NCBI GenBank assembly: GCA_035378845.1
Contig: DAOSUP010000009.1
Location: 546 to 64,545, forward strand
DNA from: Dictyoglomaceae bacterium
GTDB taxonomy: Bacteria; Dictyoglomota; Dictyoglomia; Dictyoglomales; Dictyoglomaceae
Length of the DNA: 64,000 nucleotides
Reading direction: 5' to 3'
Positions 20,670-28,221 of this stretch are shown one piece after another. The notes beneath the pieces are model-generated. The model saw only the letters and a list, made by a program, of their open reading frames with translations, was not told the origin of the DNA and made no database searches. How positions within the stretch are numbered: position 1 is the stretch's first letter; each line of letters opens with the position of its first letter. A program made the translations under genes and the position numbers.

Positions 20670-20891
20670 ATGGCATTACAATCTATACCTTTTAATTCCC
20701 GTCTCACACTTAAAGTACAGGTAGGTACCCAGCAGGGACGACCTGTATTAAGATCCAGAAGTTTTAACAACATAAAGCATACAGCCACAGATGAAGCTGT
20801 ACACTTGGTAGGTCAAACCTTAGGAAGTCTTCAGAAATATCCTTTAGTACAGATCTTAAGGGCTAACGACGAAGAACTACTGGAGATCTAA
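20670..20891 (+). CDS. DUF1659-family small protein
   Basis: 73 aa, MALQSIPFNSRLTLKVQVGTQQGRPVLRSRSFNNIKHTATDEAV..., which matches my memory of the DUF1659 pattern. ATG 20670 lies 9 nt after AAAGGAGG; the track begins at GTG 20661. Confidence 0.7.
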   Translation: MALQSIPFNSRLTLKVQVGTQQGRPVLRSRSFNNIKHTATDEAVHLVGQTLGSLQKYPLVQILRANDEELLEI

Positions 20892-20932
20892 AAACTTTCC
20901 CAAAAAATTTATAAGAAAGGAGGGATAAAAAT

Positions 20933-21163
20933 ATGGCAACCTACTCTTCAAGAAAATATATCCGAATGGTATTTCAGGATAGTGGAGGCGGAAGCTTTAC
21001 CTTAAGAGTCCCTGATCCAAAAGATGATGTAACAGAACAAGAGATACTAAATGCTATGGATACTATTATCGCTCAGAACATCTTCCAAGGAAGATCAGGA
21101 GACTTGGTAGCTAAAGTAGATGCAAGAGTTGTTGAGACCAATATAAGCGATTACTACGACTAA
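20933..21163 (+). CDS. DUF2922-family small protein
   Basis: 76 aa, ...RMVFQDSGGGSFTLRVPDPKDDVTEQEILNAMDTIIAQNIF..., a DUF2922-type pattern. AAGGAGGG RBS. Confidence 0.7.
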   Translation: MATYSSRKYIRMVFQDSGGGSFTLRVPDPKDDVTEQEILNAMDTIIAQNIFQGRSGDLVAKVDARVVETNISDYYD

Positions 21164-21212
21164 AAAATAGGGGGTGAAGAACTTCACCCCCTTAAAAAAG
21201 GAGGCAATTTAC

Positions 21213-21443
21213 ATGTTTGAAAAACTGGTCCAAAAGATACAATTTAAATTCAGCTTTTTATATCAAACTTTTCCTAATTATACATGTAAATTCTGCAGGG
21301 AAAAGAAGAATTTCATGTTCTTTATAGATGACAACCCCATATGTCCTGAATGTCTTCCTAAATTCTTTGAGAAGGAATTGATACCTCTCATCATATCCAA
21401 GGTAATTCTTAGTTTAGAAGATAAGGAGGGAAAAGATGCTTAA
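21213..21443 (+). CDS. small zinc-ribbon protein, unknown function
   Basis: 76 aa from ATG 21213, which lies after AAAAGGAGG. Two CxxC pairs (CKFC...CPEC). Confidence 0.6.
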   Translation: MFEKLVQKIQFKFSFLYQTFPNYTCKFCREKKNFMFFIDDNPICPECLPKFFEKELIPLIISKVILSLEDKEGKDA

Positions 21444-21771
21444 GACAAATGCCATAAAAATATCTAAAAATTTCTATCTTTCTGACTTCCAATGTAGATG
21501 TTGCCAAAGAGTAATGATCCATCCTGATCTTTTGGAAAAGATGGATCGGTTAAGTGAAGAGGTAAAGGAAAAAATTCAAATAACCAGTGGATACCGATGT
21601 GAAAAGCACAATAAAGAAGTGGGAGGTGTACCTAATTCAAAACATACAAAAGGACTCGCCTGTGATCTTACCTGCAAAAATCTAAAAGAGACATATGAGA
21701 TTGTAAAGAAACTTGGATTTTCCTTTACCAAGCTTGATGAAAGGAAAAAATATATCCATGTGGAGGTGTAA
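21436..21771 (+). CDS. peptidase M15A-like (D-Ala-D-Ala carboxypeptidase / endolysin-type) zinc hydrolase
   Basis: 111 aa with SGYRCEKHNKEVGGVPNSKHTKGLACDL and a terminal YIHVEV motif (H...D...H zinc ligands of the M15 fold). It has no signal peptide. It overlaps the previous gene by 8 nt. Confidence 0.75.
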   Translation: MLKTNAIKISKNFYLSDFQCRCCQRVMIHPDLLEKMDRLSEEVKEKIQITSGYRCEKHNKEVGGVPNSKHTKGLACDLTCKNLKETYEIVKKLGFSFTKLDERKKYIHVEV

Positions 21772-21773
21772 AT

Positions 21774-21926
21774 ATGGAGGAGTGGATAACATTAATAAGC
21801 AACTTAGGGTTTCCTATAGTAGTATCCCTTATACTTCTTGTAAGAATAGAGACTCGCCTTGAAAATCTTACAAAAGCTATAAATGAACTTTCCCAGGCAA
21901 TAGTCTCCTTTAAAACCACAAGATGA
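21774..21926 (+). CDS. YvrJ-family small membrane protein (50 aa, absent from the ORF track)
   Basis: ATG 21774 to TGA 21924-21926 gives MEEWITLISNLGFPIVVSLILLVRIETRLENLTKAINELSQAIVSFKTTR. It has one TM helix followed by an amphipathic tail, and the W..L..N.GFP motif is typical of YvrJ. It starts 2 nt after the M15 peptidase stop. Confidence 0.7.
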   Translation: MEEWITLISNLGFPIVVSLILLVRIETRLENLTKAINELSQAIVSFKTTR

Positions 21927-21937
21927 CATCTAAAAAA

Positions 21938-21969
21938 TCCGGCTTCAGAAGTTTATATCTGAAGCCGGA
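21938..21969. terminator. perfect 12-bp hairpin closing the small-protein operon
   Basis: tccggcttcaga / tctgaagccgga with an 8-nt loop. An A6 run lies on the left and there is no T-run on the right, so the canonical U-tract is on the minus-strand reading. Confidence 0.55.
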
Positions 21970-22021
21970 AAATATTTAGGAGAGTTCTATGATAAAATGG
22001 GAGGAGAAAGGAGGGATTGCC

Positions 22022-23311
22022 ATGGTAAAATATGCTTTCCCTGAGGGATTTTTCTGGGGTACTGCCACAGCTTCTCATCAGGTAGAAGGAGATAATAACA
22101 ATAATGATTGGTGGGAGTTTGAAACTCAAGGAAGAGTAAAAGATAAGCAGATTTCTGGAAAAGCCTGTGAACACTGGAATAGGTATGAAGAAGACTTTGA
22201 CCTCATAGAAAAGCTCCATAACAATGCCTATAGATTCTCCATAGAATGGAGCAGGATTGAAAGGGAAAAGGGTAAGTTTGATGAATCTGCAATTGAACAC
22301 TATAGGGATATGCTCCTTTCACTAAGAAGAAGGAATATAGAACCTTTTGTTACCCTTCATCATTTTACAAATCCTCTTTGGATTAGTAGAGAAGGAGGAT
22401 GGCTAAACGAAGATACTATTCTTTATTACTTAAGATACGTGGAGAAGGTAGTCTCCTCTCTTAAAGATTTAGTAACATACTGGACAACAATAAATGAGCC
22501 TAATGCTTATGCCTTTACAAGCTATCTTCTTGGCATGTTCCCTCCCCAAGGAAAAAGTCTCAAAAAGATGGTAAAAGTAATAAATTCTATGGCTAAAGCT
22601 CATGGAAAGGCATATAAAATCATTCATGATATAAATCCCAACTCACAGGTGAGCATTGCTTATAACGTAATGATTATGGATCCTGTAAATCCTAACTCTG
22701 TTATAGATAGGAAAATAGCAAACTTTGTAGATGGGATATATAATAGGCTTTTTATTGAGACACTAATTACAGGAAGATTCTCAGGACCATTTATAAAAGA
22801 AGATATCCCTTATGCAAAGGACACATTAGATTACTTAGGAATAAATTACTATACCAGAATATATTTAGGTCTTAAAACCTTATTCTTAGCCCTTCAAAAT
22901 AAGCTCTACGATTACCCTGAAGGTGTAGAAAGAAGTGATTTTAACTGGGAGATATATCCTGAAGGTTTTTATAGGGTAGTAAAAAGATTCTGGGAGATGG
23001 TTAAAAAACCCATTATCATTACTGAAAATGGTATCTCTGATGCAAAAGATACAAAAAGATCAAAATACCTTATATCTCATCTTATTCAGCTTCATAGAGC
23101 TATAGAAGAAGGGGTAGATATAAGAGGATATCTACACTGGTCTCTTATGGATAATTTTGAGTGGGCAGATGGATTCCAGCAAAAATTTGGGCTTTTTGAA
23201 GTGAATTTTCAAACTCAAGAGAGGAAATGGAGAGAAAGTGCCAGGATATATAGTGAGATAGCAAAAAATAATGGGATAAGCGAGGAATTAGAGAAAAAAT
23301 ATCTATCCTAA
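22022..23311 (+). CDS. GH1 beta-glucosidase/beta-glycosidase
   Basis: FPEGFFWGTATASHQVEG N-terminus, TINEP acid/base motif and ITENG nucleophile motif. ATG 22022 follows GGAGGAGAAAGGAGGG; the track start at 21989 is probably too far upstream. Confidence 0.9.
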   Translation: MVKYAFPEGFFWGTATASHQVEGDNNNNDWWEFETQGRVKDKQISGKACEHWNRYEEDFDLIEKLHNNAYRFSIEWSRIEREKGKFDESAIEHYRDMLLSLRRRNIEPFVTLHHFTNPLWISREGGWLNEDTILYYLRYVEKVVSSLKDLVTYWTTINEPNAYAFTSYLLGMFPPQGKSLKKMVKVINSMAKAHGKAYKIIHDINPNSQVSIAYNVMIMDPVNPNSVIDRKIANFVDGIYNRLFIETLITGRFSGPFIKEDIPYAKDTLDYLGINYYTRIYLGLKTLFLALQNKLYDYPEGVERSDFNWEIYPEGFYRVVKRFWEMVKKPIIITENGISDAKDTKRSKYLISHLIQLHRAIEEGVDIRGYLHWSLMDNFEWADGFQQKFGLFEVNFQTQERKWRESARIYSEIAKNNGISEELEKKYLS

Positions 23312-24001
23312 ACTTGTTATTACCTTTTCAGGATATAATTTCTTCCAAAAAGATGGAATCTTTGCTTTAAATTCCATATCTTCCTTCTTTACAGGATGAG
23401 GAAACTTTAAAGAGCAGCAGTGAAGGCATATAGCATCCTCTTCTATCCTTCTTCCACCATACTTTGTATCTCCAAGGATAGGATGCCCTCTGGCAGAAAG
23501 CTGTGCTCTTAATTGATGTTTCCTTCCTGTCTTTGGGAAAAGCCTCACTAATGAAATATTCTCATGTTCAAAAAGCACCTCATAATAAGTAATCGCCTCT
23601 TTACTTAGAGCACTACCTTTTACTATCTCTGCTTTTCCTTTGTCATCTCTCCAAGATATCTGATCTTTTAAAATTCCTTCTTTATCTTTAAATATCCCCT
23701 GACAAAGGGAAAGATATACCTTTTCTACCTTCCTCTCTCTAAACATCTGCGCAAGCCTTGATGCTGATTTAGAGTTCCTTCCAAAAACTATAACCCCTGA
23801 GACAGGTCTATCTAATCTATGCACAATAGCAAGGAATACATTCCCCTTCTTTCCATAACGTACTTTAATATAATCCTTTGCAACCTGAAGAAGGGAGATC
23901 CTATCGGTAGAATCTCCCTGTACCAATATTCCTGGAGGCTTATTTACCACAAGAAGATGATTATCCTCATATATCACATCAAGATTTAAAAAGTTTGCCA
24001 C
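23303..24001 (-). CDS. RluA-family pseudouridine synthase (no S4 domain)
   Basis: HRLDRPVSG catalytic motif and LLVVNKPPG. GTG start. It overlaps the nitroreductase stop by 16 nt and the convergent GH1 end by 9 nt. Confidence 0.85.
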   Translation of the reverse strand: MANFLNLDVIYEDNHLLVVNKPPGILVQGDSTDRISLLQVAKDYIKVRYGKKGNVFLAIVHRLDRPVSGVIVFGRNSKSASRLAQMFRERKVEKVYLSLCQGIFKDKEGILKDQISWRDDKGKAEIVKGSALSKEAITYYEVLFEHENISLVRLFPKTGRKHQLRAQLSARGHPILGDTKYGGRRIEEDAICLHCCSLKFPHPVKKEDMEFKAKIPSFWKKLYPEKVITSLG

Positions 24002-24486
24002 TTCAACACCTCTGAAAGCTCCTTCTTCTCAGGTCTTTGAGGGATCTCTGCAGGATATCCTACAGCAAGAATTGCCATAAGCTCCAGATTAGGAGGACAT
24101 TTTACAAGCTTTTTTACCGCCTCTGAATGTTCTGTCCTATAGGAATTTACCCAGCACGTCCCAAGCCCATAAGCTTGGGCAGCAATAATGATATTTTCAG
24201 CTGCTACACAAGCATCTTCCAAGCCAAGATCTGCATCCTTTTCACAGAAAATTAAAATTGCAGCCCCAGCTTCTCTTAAGAATTTTCCATAAGCACATAG
24301 ATCTGCAAGCTTACTTTTCAGATTTTTGTCTGTAACCACCAAAAAAGTCCATGGCTGCCTATTATTTCCTGAAGGAGCAAGCCTTCCACAATCTACAATA
24401 TCCTCAAGAATCTCTTTGGGAATCTCTTTATCCAAATATTTTCTCACACTAACTCTGGATTTTATAATATTTATAGTCTCAAGCAT
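23986..24486 (-). CDS. nitroreductase-family protein
   Basis: 166 aa with RVSVRKY...APSGNNRQPW, typical of the nitroreductase fold. Confidence 0.8.
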   Translation of the reverse strand: MLETINIIKSRVSVRKYLDKEIPKEILEDIVDCGRLAPSGNNRQPWTFLVVTDKNLKSKLADLCAYGKFLREAGAAILIFCEKDADLGLEDACVAAENIIIAAQAYGLGTCWVNSYRTEHSEAVKKLVKCPPNLELMAILAVGYPAEIPQRPEKKELSEVLKWQTF

Positions 24487-24697
24487 AAGAGCCCTCCTTT
24501 AAAGTTTTTAATTATTCCTTTTTAAGGGGATTATAAGAATATTATACTATTGAAATCCTTATAAAATAAAAATCCCATGGGCATATAAATATATTGCCTA
24601 AAAATAACATTTTTTTAACACATAAATATTTTTATTCTTTGAATAAGATTCAATAAAATTGAATATAACATTAAGCAACATACGTTTACTTTTTATT

Positions 24698-24726
24698 TTG
24701 ACAAAAAAAGGGTTCCATGCTAAAAT
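24698..24726 (+). promoter_or_regulatory. near-consensus sigma70-type promoter immediately upstream of the HD-GYP gene
   Basis: TTGACA (24698-24703), 17-nt spacer, TGcTAAAAT (extended -10 ending at 24726). The ATG at 24739 is only 12 nt downstream and has no SD. Confidence 0.5.
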
Positions 24727-24738
24727 TTTTCCTCAGTT

Positions 24739-25917
24739 ATGGAGAAGAAAGTGTCGCTTTTGGGATTTTTGATTGCTTTTTCGGAAAATTTGGATAGTCA
24801 GATACCTGGAAATAAAAAACATTCTTCCCGGGTGGGCTACACATCCCTTAATATAGCTAATGCTTTAGGACTCTCTGAAGAGCGAAAATATTCCCTCCTC
24901 ATATCTTCTCTTCTCCATGATGCAGGAGATGGCAAAATAATAAGTGGAAAAGATGTGACAATTCCAGAACATGCACTAAAGGGAAATATTTTTATTGAAG
25001 ACGTCCCTTTTCTTGAGAAACCTGCAGCAATTATAAAATACCATCATATCCCATGGGATTTTGGAAAGGGGAGCATATATGAGGAAGAGGAAATTCCAAT
25101 AGAAAGCCACATCTTACATCTTGCTGAATTTATAGATAATTATATAGACAAGGATAAATATATCTTAAAAGAGAAATCTAAAGTTATTAAAAAAATAAAG
25201 GAAGAAAAAGATGCAATTTTCAACCCTGATGTAGTAGATACCTTTTTAGACCTCTCCAGTAAAGAAGCTTTTTGGTTTGAAATAAACTATGATACCATTG
25301 ATCCTTCCTCATTTAAAAATGATCTTCAACTGGATCTTGATGAACTTCTACTTCTTTCTAAAGCAATAGCAAGAATTGTAGACTTTAGGAGCAAAATCCA
25401 AGTAAGACATTCAAAAAATGTTGCTGCTATCTCCTATTTTATAGGAGAAAACTTAAAACTTCCAAAGGAGAAGATAGAAGAACTAAGAATTGCAGGATAC
25501 CTTCATGATATAGGGAAGGTCGCTATCCCTCCCCAGATACTTACAAAAGAGAGCAAGCTTACTAAAAAAGAGAGTGAATATTTAAAAGTACATCCCTATA
25601 AAACTTATCTTACCCTAAAAAAATCAATACAATTTGAGGATATAATACTTTGGGCGTCCTTACACCATGAAAAACTAAATGGAAAGGGATATCCTTTCCA
25701 CCTTACAAAAGATGAGATTCCTTTTGAGGCAAGAATTGTCTCTATAGCAGATATATTTGCTGCCCTTTTAGAGGATAGGCCTTATAGAAAAGGGACATCT
25801 GTCAAGAGAGCAGTAGCAAATATGAAGGGCTTAGCAAAAAATGGATATATTGATAGTGATATCCTTGGTATCTTAATAGAAAATCTGGAAGAGATCTCAA
25901 ACCTTATCAAACTATAA
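24739..25917 (+). CDS. HD-GYP domain protein (likely c-di-GMP phosphodiesterase) with a degenerate N-terminal HD domain
   Basis: The C-terminal half has HSKNVA...GYLHDIGK...HHEKLNGKGYP (HD-GYP). The N-terminal half has HSSRVG...LLHDAGD but no GYP. Confidence 0.8.
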   Translation: MEKKVSLLGFLIAFSENLDSQIPGNKKHSSRVGYTSLNIANALGLSEERKYSLLISSLLHDAGDGKIISGKDVTIPEHALKGNIFIEDVPFLEKPAAIIKYHHIPWDFGKGSIYEEEEIPIESHILHLAEFIDNYIDKDKYILKEKSKVIKKIKEEKDAIFNPDVVDTFLDLSSKEAFWFEINYDTIDPSSFKNDLQLDLDELLLLSKAIARIVDFRSKIQVRHSKNVAAISYFIGENLKLPKEKIEELRIAGYLHDIGKVAIPPQILTKESKLTKKESEYLKVHPYKTYLTLKKSIQFEDIILWASLHHEKLNGKGYPFHLTKDEIPFEARIVSIADIFAALLEDRPYRKGTSVKRAVANMKGLAKNGYIDSDILGILIENLEEISNLIKL

Positions 25918-25951
25918 ATCAGATATAAACCTTTTAAAACAATTAACATCC

Positions 25952-27595
25952 CTATGGTGATAAGGAGTTCTTAGTGGCAGGAGTACAATAGTAGTTAAAA
26001 TCATACCTAAAGATAAGAAGCCACCTTTCAGTTATTGTTGTATTAAATGTTGTACTACTACCCCAATTTGTAGAATCTTGGGAAGCCTCTAATGCCTGCT
26101 TTCTCTCCAACGAATACCTATAACAAGAGGTTCTAATTAATCCCTCATCATTATCATATCCATATCCACCCCAGGAAGATGAATAATTTACCTCATCTAA
26201 AATGACATCATTATTGTCAGTTATTGTTACAGTACCTGAACTATCACTTAGCTCTGAACCTCCTGATCCAATACCAGATGAACTTGTCCTTATATAGGTG
26301 TAAGTACTCGGAAAACTATAATCATTATCCAAATCAGAACCACTTCCTCCAATTACTGCATATCCTCCTGGAGGAATATTCCATGACCCCCTAACTACAG
26401 TTGAAAGATTATTTCCATTAATTTTCCAATTTTGCAGTGATAAAATACTATCTGATGTATTAGATATCTCTACAAATTCATAATTGGCATCATCACTGAA
26501 AACTGAAACTCCTAAAGGTCTATACATAATTTCATTTATTACCACCACAGGTTTTAAACAATAAGCATAATAAGTAGAATTACTAACATTTTTCCCATAA
26601 TTTAAACATTGGCTACTTCTCCAGTTTGTAGCACTATTAGATGGCTGCAAAATAGATTTTCTCACCAAAGAATAATATCTATTACCTGAAGGATTTCCAC
26701 CCCAAGTATAAGAGTAGTTAACTTGATCTACAATCTTATTATTATCAGTATCTACTAAGGCAACAGTACCTGTATTACTCAGTGTACCATTCTGACCAAG
26801 GGAGTCCCCATTAACTTCAAGAATTTGATAAGATGCTGGGACATTATACATATTTGCAAAAAGAGTACTGAAATCTTTCTTTACCACTATTGCATAACTT
26901 GTGGGAGGAATAACTACATCCGATGGTGAACTTCCTGTTTTAGACTTATTTATTTTATTTCCATTAATAGTCCAGTTCTTAACAGGAACTTGATAGGAAT
27001 TAGCGTTATATAATACAACAAATTCCATTATATTTTCATTACGAGAAGTTCCACTTTTATCATAAGGTGCAGGATAGTACATTATCTCTGTAATAAATAT
27101 GCCTGAGATTGGCAAAGGTTCTTCAGTCCTCATAGCAACAGTAGTTACATATTTTTTATTATCACTCATAACCAAAGTGATAGATAAGGCTCTCACGGAA
27201 GAAGTTAATGTGGTATAGGTTAAATTTTTATCAAGTCCCACAAATCTTAATTCTTTTATAGGACCTGCCTGAATCTCTCCATCTACTGTAAAGTAGTATT
27301 TACCATTATATAGGGTATAAGCATATGACCGAGAATCTCCAGAAAAAAGGTTAATAGTAAGATGCCCAAGGGGCTCCGTAGAAGAGCTTATATCTATTAC
27401 ATTTTTCCCCTGTCTTATCTCCCTGGTAAGTCTATCTAAGATTATCTGCTTATTGTAAAAGACATCTTCCTCATCTATCTTTGAAGAGTAAAGAGTTAGA
27501 GCAGAGGGAAGAAGATTAGCAAGCAGAAGACCAGTCATCCCTAAGATGGCTATTGCTACAAGAATCTCTATTAGTGTAAGACCCTTTTTATTCAT
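25952..27595 (-). CDS. type IV pilin-like protein fused to two lamin-tail (LTD) domains
   Basis: Prepilin leader MNKKG|LTLIEILVAIAIL with Gly at -1 and Glu at +5. Two LTD-like repeats follow (ITEIMYYP...MEFVVLYN...NWTINGN...LSNTGTVALVD...VDQVNYS, and INEIMYRP...YEFVEISN...NWKINGN...LSDSSGTVTITD...LDEVNYS). Confidence 0.75.
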   Translation of the reverse strand: MNKKGLTLIEILVAIAILGMTGLLLANLLPSALTLYSSKIDEEDVFYNKQIILDRLTREIRQGKNVIDISSSTEPLGHLTINLFSGDSRSYAYTLYNGKYYFTVDGEIQAGPIKELRFVGLDKNLTYTTLTSSVRALSITLVMSDNKKYVTTVAMRTEEPLPISGIFITEIMYYPAPYDKSGTSRNENIMEFVVLYNANSYQVPVKNWTINGNKINKSKTGSSPSDVVIPPTSYAIVVKKDFSTLFANMYNVPASYQILEVNGDSLGQNGTLSNTGTVALVDTDNNKIVDQVNYSYTWGGNPSGNRYYSLVRKSILQPSNSATNWRSSQCLNYGKNVSNSTYYAYCLKPVVVINEIMYRPLGVSVFSDDANYEFVEISNTSDSILSLQNWKINGNNLSTVVRGSWNIPPGGYAVIGGSGSDLDNDYSFPSTYTYIRTSSSGIGSGGSELSDSSGTVTITDNNDVILDEVNYSSSWGGYGYDNDEGLIRTSCYRYSLERKQALEASQDSTNWGSSTTFNTTITERWLLIFRYDFNYYCTPATKNSLSP

Positions 27596-27770
27596 ATAAG
27601 TACCCTTATATTTATTATAAATAACTCTCTGTAAGATTACAAATTTATGATATAATTTAAAAACTAATAACTTTAAAGAGGAAAGGGTTAATGAATTAGC
27701 TGAAGCTCAAAAAAGAACCGAAGGGGAGCTGCATAGTCTCACCCTCGTAGTTAAAGATCTGCAAAGACAG

Positions 27771-28154
27771 GTGGGAGGAATCTCTCATTCTGTGAGATTT
27801 GATTTAGAAAATCAGGCTTATAAATCTCTTCCCAGACTTCTTGAGAGAGACTTTGGGATTCCGGTGAAAGAAAGATTAATAAGAAGATTTATAAAAAACA
27901 AGAAGGGAGAATCCTTAGAGATAAATATTATTGGAAAGGGAGAAAAAGACGGGAAAGAAATAAATATCATAGGAGAAGCAAAAACTAATCTATCCCTGAG
28001 ACATATAGAGGATTTCTTAGACAGATTAAAGGATATAAGAGAAGTCATAGATGGTGAGATATTACCTATTATGGTTACCCATATGACAGAGCCAGAGGTA
28101 GAGGAATATGCTCTGAAGAAGGGCATTAAAGTTTATTATTCCTACGAATTTTAA
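27771..28154 (+). CDS. DUF3782-like protein (PD-(D/E)XK-like core), apparently missing its N-terminal coiled coil
   Basis: VGGISHSV...LEINIIGKGEKDGKEINIIGEAKTNL...IMVTHM...ALKKGIKVYYSY matches my memory of the DUF3782 proteins common in thermophiles. The only start candidate is GTG 27771, yet homologous ELAEAQKRTE sequence continues in frame upstream with no start codon. Confidence 0.5.
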   Translation: MGGISHSVRFDLENQAYKSLPRLLERDFGIPVKERLIRRFIKNKKGESLEINIIGKGEKDGKEINIIGEAKTNLSLRHIEDFLDRLKDIREVIDGEILPIMVTHMTEPEVEEYALKKGIKVYYSYEF

Positions 28155-28221
28155 TCCTGAATATTTTTTTACTTTTCAAAATCTATATACAAACAAATAA
28201 ACTTAAAGGGGGAAAGAGAGA

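Noticed and set aside
20670-21969. A prophage lysis cassette or prophage remnant (M15 endolysin-like gene plus a small TM protein).
   Set aside because: There is no integrase, terminase, capsid or tail gene, no tRNA or att-like direct repeat, and no obvious compositional change in the flanks. The DUF1659/DUF2922/YvrJ trio is, to my knowledge, a chromosomal cassette. It is kept as a finding, but not as a mobile element.
21953-22300. A 115-aa minus-strand ORF overlapping the GH1 gene start. The nearby canonical minus-oriented hairpin at 21938-21969 might seem to terminate it. The 64-aa ORF at 21725-21919 is a similar case.
   Set aside because: Both are antisense to well-supported genes (GH1; M15 peptidase/YvrJ). 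They have hydrophobic low-complexity translations and no RBS. The hairpin is better explained as the end of the small-protein operon or as a bidirectional insulator.
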